Notes: generated by a model not told the origin, from the letters alone. DNA of 30,476 bases from a virus (IMGVR_UViG_3300005837_000721:1-30476), one strand, 5' to 3'. Counted from the stretch's first letter, positions 7,466-17,338 are shown. Made by a program: numbers and translations.

Positions 7466-9997
7466 TTATATAGCCGCACCTCTTACAATATTACGTTCTA
7501 ATCCTTGTGCCGTTGTTACATCATCTGAAACCACATATGCTCGTTGAGGTACTTTCTCCTGTCCCCCTATTGCTTCTGCTAACTGACTTGTTCCACTTGC
7601 TCCAACAATGTTAAAAGCAGGTGCTTGTGCTTGTGTTGGTGCTTGACTCCTTGGGGCAGATGCAACAGTAGGCGTAGATGCTGATCCTCCACTCGCTCCT
7701 GTTTTACCAACTGCCTTTTTTACCTGTCCAATAATTGATGCACCCTGTGCGACTGCTCCTGCTATTGTAATTATGTTTTGGGGAAAACCAATCTTTGAAC
7801 TTTCCGAAACATTTTGAGCCGCATTAACTCCTGCCTCTGCTACTGCTTTTGTACCCTTAAATGTAATACGTTTCAAATCCATTAAAGTCTCTTTCATTGC
7901 TAACGCATTTTTAGCGATCAACAATGCTTGTCCAACTTTTGACTCCGCTCCTGCTATATTTGCCACCGCCTGTAATGCCGCTTGTTTACTTGCGACTTTC
8001 TTTTTGTCTAACTCTTCTTCTGCATCTGCGTATTGGTTTAACAGGTTTTGTTTTTGTTCAGCACTCAACGTTTCGTCCTCTAACAACAATGCTCTCCTCT
8101 CTTCAATCAAAGCTCTTTGCTCCTCAAAACCCAAAGCCTCCTCCTCTTTGGTAAGTTCTAATTCTGCAATTCTCTCCTCTTGTTTTTTTGCTTTTTCCTG
8201 TTTTTCTTTTTCGGTGTCTTTATTTTTAGCCTCCTCTTCTAATTGGTCGTAATAATCATTGACCGACTTAATCGCCTCCCTCTTCTCTGTTTCTGTTAGT
8301 TTAAGTGCCTCAATTTCTTTTAACGCTCTCTCTCTTTGTCTTTGTGCTTTCGCAAGATTTGTTTTATCTTGTAAATCCTCTGATTGTTTTGCAAATTTCT
8401 GTTCAATCTTGGCTAATTTTTCTAACTCCTTTTTTCTCTCTTCTAATCTCTTTTTTCTGTCCTCTTCACTTTCCGCCTCTTGTTGTTTCTTTTGTTCTTG
8501 TAATTTCTTATTTTCTTTGGCTTGTTGGACTCTCTCTGCCTTACCCTCTTGTTGGGCATTAAATCTCGCAATAGCCGTTACACGATTAACTGCCGCTTGT
8601 TTAAATTTCTCGACACCTGCTTGTATTCTCTCCGATCCCTTGACTAACGCATCTTTTGCCTCATTGATATTTGCCTCAACCTCTGCCTTGTCAATAGCTT
8701 TACCAATTATTGGCACATCTGCCAACGCTAACATCGCCTCGTTTGCAAACAATTTTATGCCGTTTCCTAGTATCGTCAAATAACCAACCATAAAATCAGT
8801 AGCACCGCCAACAAATAATTTCATCTCCGTCCACCTTTCGTTGAACGCAAACGCAATTACATCTACAACAGTTCCCAAATTTGAAATCGCCCAAGTCAAT
8901 CCCTGTACAACACTTCTCTGTAAATCGTTTATTGGTCCCTCTCCGTCCTCCAGACCTAACAAAAACCCCTCCCAAGCAGAGCCGAGTTTTGTCATATCGC
9001 CCTCCAGATTGTCCAAACGAATTTCAGCCATTTGTTTCGCTGATCCCCCTGCATTTAAAAACTGACTCTCTAAATCATTAAGCGTATCTTTACCTGTTGA
9101 TGCCAAGTTAAGTAACGACTTTGCACCATTAATTCCCACCAACTCAATAGCCGTATTCAATCCGTTTGACGAGTTGTTTACCTTGTCCATTGCATCCTCC
9201 AAAGTAATTCCCTTTTTTGACAATTCAATAAAGGTCTTTGATAACCCTGTACCTGCCATTGATCCAGTAATCCCTCTGTCTGCTAACGCTCCTAATAAAG
9301 CCGTAGTTTTTTCAACCGATACACCTGCCGCACTCGCAACGGGGGCAACCATTTTCATTGACTCTCTTAACTTCTCAAAATCCAATGCCGAGCGACTTGT
9401 AGACAAAGCCATCACATCAACAACCCTCTGTGTTTCTTCTGTTGTCAATCCGAAACCTTTAACTGTTGATCCTGCAAAAGCCGCCGCACTTGCCAAATCA
9501 ACCTCCAACGATGCCGCCAAATCTAATATCGCAGGGGTTGAGTTCTGAATATCATCAATCGTAAAACCTAACTTCGCTAATTCGGTCTGTAAATCCAAAA
9601 CTTGTTTAGCCGTAAATGCCGTAGTCGCTCCTAAATTTTTAGCTTGTTCAGTAACCGCCTCCAATTCTTCTGCCGTCTTTCCTGTAACTGCTCGTAATGT
9701 TGAAACCCCTTTGCTAAATTCTGCGCCCTTTTGAGCCGCCTTTGCGAACACCCCAACCAATGCACCTACACCAACCACCAAAGCACCAACTCCTGTGCTT
9801 ATCATCGCTATTTTAAGCGAATTTAGAGCAGGGATTGCTGATGTAACCCCTTGTTTAATGCCACCAAAAATTCCACCAATACCCTTGCTTGTATTTTTAG
9901 CCGACTTATTGGTTTTCCCTAATTCATTGTTTAACTTGCCAACCTGTTTAGATGCCGAGCCTGTTTCAATCTTTATAATTATTTTTTCCGTAGCCAT
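7466..9997 (-). CDS. Tail tape measure protein (TP901-type core)
   Basis: 843 aa. LGATTAFTA...ELAKLGF, GITGSMAGT and LDNLEGD motifs plus a long E/K/Q coiled coil. Confidence 0.93.
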   Translation of the reverse strand: MATEKIIIKIETGSASKQVGKLNNELGKTNKSAKNTSKGIGGIFGGIKQGVTSAIPALNSLKIAMISTGVGALVVGVGALVGVFAKAAQKGAEFSKGVSTLRAVTGKTAEELEAVTEQAKNLGATTAFTAKQVLDLQTELAKLGFTIDDIQNSTPAILDLAASLEVDLASAAAFAGSTVKGFGLTTEETQRVVDVMALSTSRSALDFEKLRESMKMVAPVASAAGVSVEKTTALLGALADRGITGSMAGTGLSKTFIELSKKGITLEDAMDKVNNSSNGLNTAIELVGINGAKSLLNLASTGKDTLNDLESQFLNAGGSAKQMAEIRLDNLEGDMTKLGSAWEGFLLGLEDGEGPINDLQRSVVQGLTWAISNLGTVVDVIAFAFNERWTEMKLFVGGATDFMVGYLTILGNGIKLFANEAMLALADVPIIGKAIDKAEVEANINEAKDALVKGSERIQAGVEKFKQAAVNRVTAIARFNAQQEGKAERVQQAKENKKLQEQKKQQEAESEEDRKKRLEERKKELEKLAKIEQKFAKQSEDLQDKTNLAKAQRQRERALKEIEALKLTETEKREAIKSVNDYYDQLEEEAKNKDTEKEKQEKAKKQEERIAELELTKEEEALGFEEQRALIEERRALLLEDETLSAEQKQNLLNQYADAEEELDKKKVASKQAALQAVANIAGAESKVGQALLIAKNALAMKETLMDLKRITFKGTKAVAEAGVNAAQNVSESSKIGFPQNIITIAGAVAQGASIIGQVKKAVGKTGASGGSASTPTVASAPRSQAPTQAQAPAFNIVGASGTSQLAEAIGGQEKVPQRAYVVSDDVTTAQGLERNIVRGAAI

Positions 9998-10128
9998 TGT
10001 ATCTCTTTTACAAGTTGTTTATATCCATCTTTTAATGTAACAGGCAGTTTATTTTTACCTTGTGCAATTCTTATGTTTTCGGTCTCTCCATTACAATGTG
10101 GTAAAACCTGTAATATATTTTTAATCAT
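9979..10128 (-). CDS. Small hypothetical protein (49 aa)
   Basis: Hand-translated MIKNILQVLPHCNGETENIRIAQGKNKLPVTLKDGYKQLVKEIQWLRKK*. Fills the gap between tail genes. Confidence 0.65.
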   Translation of the reverse strand: MIKNILQVLPHCNGETENIRIAQGKNKLPVTLKDGYKQLVKEIQWLRKK

Positions 10129-10129
10129 A

Positions 10130-12244
10130 CTATGAATTTATATTTAGTAATTCCATTTTACTTTCTCCTGTCATTAGGTTTGTATTTATGCTGTTTATTT
10201 TGTACCTCGTTCCATTGATTAGTAACTGGTCATTTAACTTTAACTTTAATGTAATACCTATTGGTAAAAATGCTGTTACTTTTATTAATCTACTTTTGGC
10301 ATTAAATACATCTTCTATATATGTTTTGTAATAATCATTGAACAATGTACCCTCGAATGCTTGTCCTGTGTACTCATTCAATTCTCCCTCAAAATTGATG
10401 TTGCTGTCATCTGTTGTGTTAGACAATTCGACTGAATTACTTGGGATTATATAATAATACAAAAATGTTTTATCTTGAAAAACCCCATCATCGTCTATGT
10501 CATCTACAAAGCTTATGCGTAAAGGAAAACTGTCTATCCTTTTGGGGTAAAATAAAAGAGGGGCTCCTTTGTAGGAGTTTTGACTTTCGTTTACTGACCA
10601 CCCCCATTGTATTTCTGTTAAACTTGACGTGTTCGATTGGTCTCTTAACCTTTCAAACATAAAATGAGAAAATGGCAACTCAATCTTATATAAGGATCCT
10701 GCTAATTCTTGCTCATTTGTAGAATAGTCTATTGCTCCCCAATCCCTGTTCGCTAATTGTCTAAACCTGTTTGCTAAAAACGTCTTGGTATCTTTGTATG
10801 CAAATGTAATTTGTCTAAAAGGCAAAGCGGCATCAACTACACTTTTATCCTTATCAACATATTCGCTAATATCATAAGTATTGAAAGTTGAATAATACTC
10901 GTCCAAAGTTTGGACTTTTATTACCGTACTTGTGGCTGTGCTATTATCCTCATCAACATACGCTGTAAGATTAAACATTTTAAACAACCCTGTAAGAAAA
11001 TCTATAACTTTAATATCTGGGATTTGTTGCGTAAAATCGAATGTAAAAACTGCTGACGTAGAAAACGCTCCTCTATTAGGGTGGAAACTAGCCGATATTG
11101 GTGTACTTTGTGGCTGATTAGAGGGTATATAATAGTAATCTACATTCCATTCAATGTCTACGAAATCTACTTGATTTGCTGCCGTGATGTATATTTTAAA
11201 ATCCTGCAATGAATTTACACCTGCAAAAGGTACGGTCAAGCTTCTATTACCTGTACCCGATGGCAAACCTGCAACTACCGATCCACTTCTTACGACTTGA
11301 ACGCTATAACTATCTACGTCTGATGTAGTAAAATCTATTGACATTCCTGCATCAATATAAGTATAACCAATTTGAGGATTATAGTACAATGTGTGATTTA
11401 TTATTTCCCAAAAAGTATCACTTGATGTTGTCCAACCATCTACTAGCGTTTGACTTTCTACGTTGCCACTTAAATTTTCTACACCTCCACTTTTTCTATG
11501 CATCCACATAAACAACTCATTGAATGTACTGTTGCTTGTGTCTTTAAAAAAATCATTACTGAATGTTAAGTCTGTTGCATATCCATTTGCTATTGTGTAC
11601 CTATCTTCTATCGCCTCTATTATGTTGTTAACTCGTAAGGCAAATTTTAGTTCGTTCCACGCTACTCCGTGCATATGACTACCATTTCCTGTATGCCAAT
11701 GTAAATTCCCATCTCCGCTTTGATGAACAATACTATCATAATACAATCTTTGAGTATGTGTAATCAATGGCACACAAACATCTGTATATGTAAAATCGTT
11801 CTGTAGTCTAGTAGCAACATTGTTTGGCGTATAATCTTGATTGTACTGCGTTAACGTGCTTAAATCGTTTAACTTATCCTCGCCTAACAAATCCTTTAAT
11901 TCAACCGTGCTTCCGAAAAAAGTAACTCTATACGCATAGGGTTTTTTGTCTCGCAAATCTACTCCCTCTAGTTTAATTTTCCCTTTCTGAAACAATATGT
12001 CGTTTATCTCTATCTGTGCATTTTTTCTTAATCTTGCATCATAACCTGCGACAATATCCCAATTATAGTAATGCTTAAAAATTCTGTTGTTTTTTTTACT
12101 TGCTGGAACTGTGAATGTTTTACTGAATGAAGTAAACACCTTTTCTATATCCTTAACATTTTGAATTGACTGCGTAACACTAACAACCTCATCTTTAAAC
12201 AAGTCAACTCGCTTACCCTCTATGTATAATTGAATTAAACGCAT
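10130..12244 (-). CDS. Tail tip / baseplate hub-like protein
   Basis: 704 aa. FSKTFTVPAS..NNRIFKHYY N-terminus and YKINSINTNLMTGESKMELL C-terminus; adjacent to the TMP. Confidence 0.7.
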   Translation of the reverse strand: MRLIQLYIEGKRVDLFKDEVVSVTQSIQNVKDIEKVFTSFSKTFTVPASKKNNRIFKHYYNWDIVAGYDARLRKNAQIEINDILFQKGKIKLEGVDLRDKKPYAYRVTFFGSTVELKDLLGEDKLNDLSTLTQYNQDYTPNNVATRLQNDFTYTDVCVPLITHTQRLYYDSIVHQSGDGNLHWHTGNGSHMHGVAWNELKFALRVNNIIEAIEDRYTIANGYATDLTFSNDFFKDTSNSTFNELFMWMHRKSGGVENLSGNVESQTLVDGWTTSSDTFWEIINHTLYYNPQIGYTYIDAGMSIDFTTSDVDSYSVQVVRSGSVVAGLPSGTGNRSLTVPFAGVNSLQDFKIYITAANQVDFVDIEWNVDYYYIPSNQPQSTPISASFHPNRGAFSTSAVFTFDFTQQIPDIKVIDFLTGLFKMFNLTAYVDEDNSTATSTVIKVQTLDEYYSTFNTYDISEYVDKDKSVVDAALPFRQITFAYKDTKTFLANRFRQLANRDWGAIDYSTNEQELAGSLYKIELPFSHFMFERLRDQSNTSSLTEIQWGWSVNESQNSYKGAPLLFYPKRIDSFPLRISFVDDIDDDGVFQDKTFLYYYIIPSNSVELSNTTDDSNINFEGELNEYTGQAFEGTLFNDYYKTYIEDVFNAKSRLIKVTAFLPIGITLKLKLNDQLLINGTRYKINSINTNLMTGESKMELLNINS

Positions 12245-13404
12245 TATCTAATGTTATTGATTTTGTTAAATGCATACTCAAACACCATCTGGTACTGTAT
12301 CTGCGCCTTGTCATTGACACCTGTCTTTTCTACTATGCTTTCTGTTTTGAGAATTACAGGCAATGCCTTTACACTATCCTCAACCCAAACGTACTCTGCT
12401 AACGCTAACTCCTTTATCGTCTGATTTATGCATTCATCGTATAATGGGGTGTTTAGTACTATCCTTTCATCTCCTTGTACTTGGAAACGTATCTTGTTAT
12501 GCTTCGTTGTGCTATATGTAATATCTGTACCGCTCTGGTCTATTGTACTTCGGTTGTATTTTTCACTTGTTGATTTTAATGTGACTGTTGACTTTTGGTT
12601 AAAATATAAGTCTTGCAACGCACCATACTTGTTGTAAAATATAACCCTGTAAGGTTCGTACTTTGTTTCGCATAACTGATTAAGCACAATAGTCTCTGTT
12701 TGCGGGGGTCCTACTCCACTATTTACTGTAATAGTAATTAAATCTCCATCTGCAACATTATCTGTGTCTATTACTAAATAGAAAATTTTTTCTGCGCTAT
12801 CATCTGTATTTTGTACTACTATATCTGTACTGCTATCTTCCCAATCGTTGCCTTGTACTTCCCAATACTCGTCCACTAACTGCCAAAAGTTTGGAACAAT
12901 TACATCTGTTGTAATGGTCGGTGCTGTTTCTGAAAATACAGGAATAATAACGTTTCTGCCTTTTACATAAAACTGGCAAAGATTAGACTGCAACACGATT
13001 GGAGTATAACTATCATCTGTCGGATCAATAGACGTGCGAGGGTTTGCGCCCTCATCAAAATTACCATATCCATCTAATGCTAGATATATGTCAAAACCCG
13101 GTACAGGGGTTGAACTAGATGTGTAGGTTATTCCATAGTCTACCCTTACCCAAACTGCATCAACTGCTTCCTCGTAAAAATCTGTTTCCAGATAATCTCG
13201 CACTAATTCACTAAATTCAAAATATACATTATTGCCTGTGCCTGTTTCGGCAGGGGTTTTTGTAATTTGATAATCAACAGCACTAGGTGGACTATTCCTA
13301 TTTCCGTCCCATATTTTGATAGTTATACTTACAAATTCTATTTCCTGTGTTGAGGACGTAAAGTTGATAAAATACGGACTTCTTGCATTTATTATTGTAC
13401 TCAT
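12244..13404 (-). CDS. Tail protein (distal-tail-like)
   Basis: 386 aa, beta-rich (INARSPY, FYNKYGA), translationally coupled to the hub gene. Confidence 0.6.
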   Translation of the reverse strand: MSTIINARSPYFINFTSSTQEIEFVSITIKIWDGNRNSPPSAVDYQITKTPAETGTGNNVYFEFSELVRDYLETDFYEEAVDAVWVRVDYGITYTSSSTPVPGFDIYLALDGYGNFDEGANPRTSIDPTDDSYTPIVLQSNLCQFYVKGRNVIIPVFSETAPTITTDVIVPNFWQLVDEYWEVQGNDWEDSSTDIVVQNTDDSAEKIFYLVIDTDNVADGDLITITVNSGVGPPQTETIVLNQLCETKYEPYRVIFYNKYGALQDLYFNQKSTVTLKSTSEKYNRSTIDQSGTDITYSTTKHNKIRFQVQGDERIVLNTPLYDECINQTIKELALAEYVWVEDSVKALPVILKTESIVEKTGVNDKAQIQYQMVFEYAFNKINNIR

Positions 13405-13991
13405 TTTTGTTCTTTTTGTTTTCTGTAAAACTCTTCTCTAATTTCATCTGCCAAATCCATTGCAAACGCAATAGCGACCTTTTTAGGGAGTTTCTTTTTT
13501 GAAACGCTATAAGGGTTGGTAAAAAATAAAGACGGCTTTATTCCCCTATTATAAATGTTCCCTGCTATAATTCTCCCAATGGTCTGGTAATCTCCTTTTG
13601 TAAACCTACCTTTTTCGTCTCTTAATCTGTAACCCTTTCGTTTTGCCCAATCTCCAACACTACTTGCAAAATCATCAAAACTCCCCTTGAATGTTCCTCG
13701 TCCAAACTTATAAGGCGACAAAGGTGCTTGTTGACCTCTTATTGCTTTTTTCCCTCCGATCACTTTGCTTGGGTCTTTCCCCTTGACTCCCTTATCTACA
13801 AAATTTCCGTACTTTCCTAAATCAAAAATAACAAACGAACTTTTTTCGCCAACTATCGTCTTATAGCCTAAACCTGCATAGAGCCGTCCAGTATCTGCTT
13901 TCTTTTTGCGTGTGAGGTTAGACCTCGATTTTGCAATTACATTCCTGCCAAAGTCATTTAAAGCCGTATTAAGGTGTTTTAAGTAAGACAT
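13401..13991 (-). CDS. Putative neck/tail completion protein
   Basis: 196 aa, basic; TGRLY, YGNFVDKGVKG and GIKPSLFF motifs reminiscent of HK97 gp10-like proteins. Confidence 0.6.
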   Translation of the reverse strand: MSYLKHLNTALNDFGRNVIAKSRSNLTRKKKADTGRLYAGLGYKTIVGEKSSFVIFDLGKYGNFVDKGVKGKDPSKVIGGKKAIRGQQAPLSPYKFGRGTFKGSFDDFASSVGDWAKRKGYRLRDEKGRFTKGDYQTIGRIIAGNIYNRGIKPSLFFTNPYSVSKKKLPKKVAIAFAMDLADEIREEFYRKQKEQK

Positions 13992-14467
13992 CTATTTATA
14001 TTGTTTCGTGTTTCCACTTGAAATGTGAATGCCCAACCTGCAACCAGATTTTCAAATCTGTCTTTAAACGGCTCTGCCGTAACCGTTTCTCTCATTATCC
14101 TTGTATTGCCGTCATTTAAATCTCCAGAATTGAACTCGTCTGTAATATGGTTTCCTGCATTTAACATAGTGTTTAAAACATACATTTCATTGTCTGTTGA
14201 ATATATTGTCGGCTCATCATCTGTGCTATCGCTATGTACTATATCCATAAACAAAACTGTAATGTTGTATGTAATGATCGTGCTATTAAATTGTGCCGTA
14301 TTGACTATTGTATGAGCCAAAGGAAAAATGGTTTGTTTATTTAAGTCAACCTCCGAAATGTCCCCAACAGTAAAAGTGTTTATATTCTTATTAGACAAAG
14401 CCGTATTTCGTAATATCTCAATTACATCAATATAACTCCTTGCTCCTTGATATTCGTTTACTGCCAT
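13979..14467 (-). CDS. Putative tail terminator protein
   Basis: 162 aa, acidic; FPLAH and EPFKDRFEN.VAGW motifs; tail gene context. Confidence 0.6.
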   Translation of the reverse strand: MAVNEYQGARSYIDVIEILRNTALSNKNINTFTVGDISEVDLNKQTIFPLAHTIVNTAQFNSTIITYNITVLFMDIVHSDSTDDEPTIYSTDNEMYVLNTMLNAGNHITDEFNSGDLNDGNTRIMRETVTAEPFKDRFENLVAGWAFTFQVETRNNINRCLT

Positions 14468-14734
14468 TATTTAAATTTTTTCTTTATATTATCATTTTCG
14501 ATCATCGCTTTGTCTTTTTTAAATGCCAACATTGTTAAACAGAAATTGATGTTTAATTTTGTTATCTCTTCAAACTTCGTAATGTCTCCATTGCAGAGCG
14601 TGTAGATTGACTCATAGTAACCCCATTTTCTGCTAAATCCTGCCGTAGAAGTTGTTGTACTTCCCTGTCCTCCTCCGAGTCCAAATAGTTCATCATAACG
14701 CTCGTGCAATCTATTCCTAAACTCCAAAAAAAAA
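14467..14734 (-). CDS. Tail assembly chaperone, -1 frameshift extension
   Basis: Open -1 frame (LEFRNRLHERYDELF...KWGYYESIY) with no ATG, starting at the T9 slippery run. Confidence 0.75.
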
Positions 14735-15224
14735 CCACACTACTAACAACCGCAGACATCGGCATATTTAGCATTGCTTCGTGAAACAAATCGCCTCTGT
14801 ACTCATCTATTATGTATTTGTCTTTGTGTTCCTTGACTATTGGTCTGTATAACACCGCCATTGCTTTCTCAATGTTATCCATATCGTGAATGTAGGTGTC
14901 CAGATCAACATACTCTCCGTAAGTCATATCCTCCAAATTTGGTATAAAACCAAACGTGCTATCGCCCATTTTAAATTTAGTAACTAACTTTGGTTGTTGG
15001 ATTAATACATCTGTAATCTTTGATACAATCCTCTCAAAATCATTTAGTCGCATTTTGTTAGCATATTCGTAAGGTATGCCACAAAATATCTCAACCATTT
15101 TAAGGTAAATAAACCTTTCGCTATTAGCATCATTTTTATTAGCATCAAGTATTTTTTCGTACTCCTTGTACTGCTTTAATGTGATGTCATTTAAGCTATC
15201 TGGTGTGTTAATTTCTAATTCCAT
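14562..15224 (-). CDS. Tail assembly chaperone (lambda gpG-like arrangement)
   Basis: Start reassigned to ATG 15224 (MELEINTP) after a late promoter motif. Contains GTT TTT TTT slippery site. Confidence 0.75.
   Translation of the reverse strand: MELEINTPDSLNDITLKQYKEYEKILDANKNDANSERFIYLKMVEIFCGIPYEYANKMRLNDFERIVSKITDVLIQQPKLVTKFKMGDSTFGFIPNLEDMTYGEYVDLDTYIHDMDNIEKAMAVLYRPIVKEHKDKYIIDEYRGDLFHEAMLNMPMSAVVSSVVFFWSLGIDCTSVMMNYLDSEEDREVQQLLRQDLAENGVTMSQSTRSAMETLRSLKR
14726..14735 (-). other. Programmed -1 ribosomal frameshift site
   Basis: G-T9 run exactly where the overlapping -1 ORF begins. Confidence 0.75.
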
Positions 15225-15229
15225 AATTG

Positions 15230-15256
15230 TATAACGATTTTTTAAAATTTTTTTTC
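15230..15256 (-). promoter_or_regulatory. Putative late promoter
   Basis: AAAA-N14-TCGTTATA-CAATT-ATG. Confidence 0.7.
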
Positions 15257-15271
15257 TGAAATCTAATGTAT

Positions 15272-15299
15272 AAAAAAAGGGGCACATTTCTGTAACCCC
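15272..15299 (-). terminator. Rho-independent terminator
   Basis: GGGGTTACA-GAAA-TGTGCCCC followed by T7; ends the small-gene cluster. Confidence 0.8.
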
Positions 15300-15324
15300 A
15301 ATTAACTAAAAAAAAACAAAATAA

Positions 15325-15585
15325 CTATTTTTTTGGTCGTCCCTTTGATCTCTTTGTCATCTCTCCAATGTCCTCTGCCATTGCCCTGTATTTTTCTTTG
15401 TAATACTCAACCTCCTTTTGTTCTCCTCTTTTTGCAAATTCAAATAAACTCGGTATGTCTTTTAATAACGCATAAGCGTTCCAATATAAAATAACCTCCT
15501 CGTTGTCGTCATCTCTAAAACTAATGTAAACCTCTCCTGTTCCATTACTTATTGCATCGGTGTCTTGTATATAAAACTCTTTCAT
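15325..15585 (-). CDS. Hypothetical protein
   Basis: Likely start MKEFYIQ, ATGA-coupled to the upstream gene; ends KGRPKK. Confidence 0.7.
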   Translation of the reverse strand: MKEFYIQDTDAISNGTGEVYISFRDDDNEEVILYWNAYALLKDIPSLFEFAKRGEQKEVEYYKEKYRAMAEDIGEMTKRSKGRPKK

Positions 15586-15773
15586 TTTTCTGATTTTAAT
15601 TGTTGGTACTCTTTTGATTGCATCGATCTTGAATGTCCGTACCATTCAAACAATATCTGCAACCTATCTTTTTTTAGTTGTGTAATATCTAATTCCTGTA
15701 ATAATGTCTGGAACTCTAAATCGTACTCCTTTGATCTTTTTAAATGTTTTTCGTATCTCTCTTTTGTTGTCAT
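15582..15773 (-). CDS. Hypothetical protein (63 aa)
   Basis: ORF track; ATGA-coupled at both ends. Confidence 0.7.
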   Translation of the reverse strand: MTTKERYEKHLKRSKEYDLEFQTLLQELDITQLKKDRLQILFEWYGHSRSMQSKEYQQLKSEK

Positions 15774-15901
15774 CTTTTGCCGTCTATATCTGTTTGTCTG
15801 CTTTTCTTATTTGTTCTGTGATAGGTGTATATCTGTTTCCATTCTGGAACTCTCAAAAACCTAATGTTCTTGTCAATATCTTTTTTTGTCTTTCGCTTCA
15901 T
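15770..15901 (-). CDS. Small basic hypothetical protein (43 aa)
   Basis: Start reassigned to MKRKTKKD via ATGA overlap at 15898-15901. Confidence 0.6.
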   Translation of the reverse strand: MKRKTKKDIDKNIRFLRVPEWKQIYTYHRTNKKSRQTDIDGKR

Positions 15902-16053
15902 CTCATATTGTTTATGTATGAAATTAACTCCTGTTCCTTGTTTACAAGGTACTTGTACATTTCGCTCCCCTCTATACCTTTGTGTTTGCAATACGCTAGA
16001 TTGTAGCGTGTGTCTTTTAACTTGTCTTTTAGATCGTCTAACTGTGTTCTCAT
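15898..16053 (-). CDS. Hypothetical protein (51 aa)
   Basis: Hand-translated MRTQLDDLKDKLKDTRYNLAYCKHKGIEG...NMR*. Confidence 0.65.
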   Translation of the reverse strand: MRTQLDDLKDKLKDTRYNLAYCKHKGIEGSEMYKYLVNKEQELISYINNMR

Positions 16054-16054
16054 A

Positions 16055-16426
16055 TTAGTATATTCTAAATGCGTGGTATATATCTCCGTCTATTTTTACT
16101 TCGTGTTCTACTCCGTCATAAGAAGCAAACGTATGTCCGTAACCGTCTTGGTGGCAATTTATTGCTGTTTCTTCCCAGTCAATAGCAATCCACCATTCCA
16201 TTTTACCTGTGTAACATTCTTCAACTGTTTGCTTGATCGCTTCTACATAAATATCCCAGATTTCGTGTTCGTGAATAAACCTGTATTCTTCTCCGTCAAT
16301 ATCTGCCGTGAAGTCAGTTTCGCCTGTTTTGATTTCGTGTTCAATAGATCGAACCTCGTCTTTGCTGATATCTAAATTTAGATCGTTAGCAATAAATTCT
16401 AAAATTTGTCTTTTAATTGTTTTCAT
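16055..16426 (-). CDS. Acidic hypothetical protein, possible ArdA-like antirestriction protein
   Basis: 123 aa, D/E-rich, IDWEETA motif. ORF is solid; function is speculative. Confidence 0.55.
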   Translation of the reverse strand: MKTIKRQILEFIANDLNLDISKDEVRSIEHEIKTGETDFTADIDGEEYRFIHEHEIWDIYVEAIKQTVEECYTGKMEWWIAIDWEETAINCHQDGYGHTFASYDGVEHEVKIDGDIYHAFRIY

Positions 16427-16444
16427 CTTTTAAATTATTATATA

Positions 16445-16621
16445 TTATTTTTGTTTGTAAAATGATAAGTCGCTATTATCTATAAACTGTATAGCCTCGC
16501 CAATAGTAGCAAAACCCATATATTCAACACCTAAAACACCATTAGTATTGGTATAATACTCCAATCCAAAAGGAAGTGTCTTATTGTACTTATTGATAAA
16601 AATGTAATCTGTTGTTTTCAT
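16445..16621 (-). CDS. Hypothetical protein (58 aa)
   Basis: Hand-translated MKTTDYIFINKYNKTLPFGLEYY...KQK*; follows a promoter and the AAAAGAC leader. Confidence 0.65.
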   Translation of the reverse strand: MKTTDYIFINKYNKTLPFGLEYYTNTNGVLGVEYMGFATIGEAIQFIDNSDLSFYKQK

Positions 16622-16650
16622 TATTTTGTCTTTTAAATTATTAACTGCGT

Positions 16651-16682
16651 TAAATATAATACGTTAAATAGTTTTATCCAAA
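16651..16682 (-). promoter_or_regulatory. Early promoter
   Basis: TTTG-N20-TATATTTA. Confidence 0.65.
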
Positions 16683-16699
16683 TTTTTTAATAATTATTT

Positions 16700-16969
16700 T
16701 TAATTTATTTTAGTAACATTCATTACTCTGCCGAAACTATCTGTGTAAATATCTTTTACTCGATCCATTAAAGTGTCGTATAAGAAATCTGCTTTTATAT
16801 CGTACCAAGCATTCTTGTCTCCCTCCAACTTTATGTAATCAACGCTATCCTTGTAACCTTTGTAATCTCTGTAATGAACGACTGCCTTGTGGTCTGCTAT
16901 TAATGATCCGATTGTTTTTGTAGTTTCGATCGTGATCTCTTTTTTTGGAAACTGATTTGTAAAATTCAT
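16700..16969 (-). CDS. Hypothetical protein (89 aa)
   Basis: ORF track; own promoter and leader. Confidence 0.75.
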   Translation of the reverse strand: MNFTNQFPKKEITIETTKTIGSLIADHKAVVHYRDYKGYKDSVDYIKLEGDKNAWYDIKADFLYDTLMDRVKDIYTDSFGRVMNVTKIN

Positions 16970-16994
16970 TGTCTTTTTTTTAATTATCTTACGT

Positions 16995-17026
16995 TAAATA
17001 TAAAACGTCTCTTTTACTTATCCAAA
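16995..17026 (-). promoter_or_regulatory. Early promoter
   Basis: TTTG-N20-TATATTTA. Confidence 0.65.
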
Positions 17027-17154
17027 TTTTTTAACAACTTTTTTTGTATTTTTTTTCTAACATCTAATTGTTGTTTGCTATTTGGAAACATTTTAAATGC
17101 CTTGTTATATAGTTTAAGTAACTCCAGATCCATTGTTAAACGAATTTTAAACAT
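17014..17154 (-). CDS. Small basic hypothetical protein (46 aa)
   Basis: Hand-translated MFKIRLTMDLELLKLYNKAFKMFPNSKQQLDVRKKI...*; start uncertain. Confidence 0.5.
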   Translation of the reverse strand: MFKIRLTMDLELLKLYNKAFKMFPNSKQQLDVRKKIQKKLLKNLDK

Positions 17155-17294
17155 TGTTTTAAGTCCTCCAGATCCCAAAACTCAATAGTCCCCTTTGTTA
17201 TATTGTTAATCGTAACCTTGTTATTATTCAATCCGATGATCTCTGCCTTGTGATTGACTTCGTCTGTTCTGATAATTTCTATTTCTGTTCTCAT
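17136..17294 (-). CDS. Hypothetical protein (52 aa)
   Basis: Hand-translated MRTEIEIIRTDEVNHKAEII...KFV*; AAAAGACA leader. Confidence 0.6.
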   Translation of the reverse strand: MRTEIEIIRTDEVNHKAEIIGLNNNKVTINNITKGTIEFWDLEDLKQCLKFV

Positions 17295-17307
17295 TGTCTT
17301 TTAAATT

Positions 17308-17328
17308 AAAGGGGGTTTTTACACCCCC
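17308..17328 (-). terminator. Hairpin / weak terminator
   Basis: GGGGG...CCCCC stem followed by TTT on the minus strand. Confidence 0.45.
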
Positions 17329-17338
17329 ATTGTTTGTT

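Noticed and set aside
7924-10040. Several plus-strand ORFs (up to 174 aa) opposite the tape measure gene
   Set aside because: Antisense shadows of codon bias giving Ser/Phe/Leu-rich junk. The same applies to the other plus-strand ORFs in the track.
3087-15292. Shared CACATTTCTG in two hairpins (3087-3096 and 15283-15292)
   Set aside because: Explained as CA-GAAA-TG tetraloop caps of ordinary terminators, not a mobile repeat or att site.
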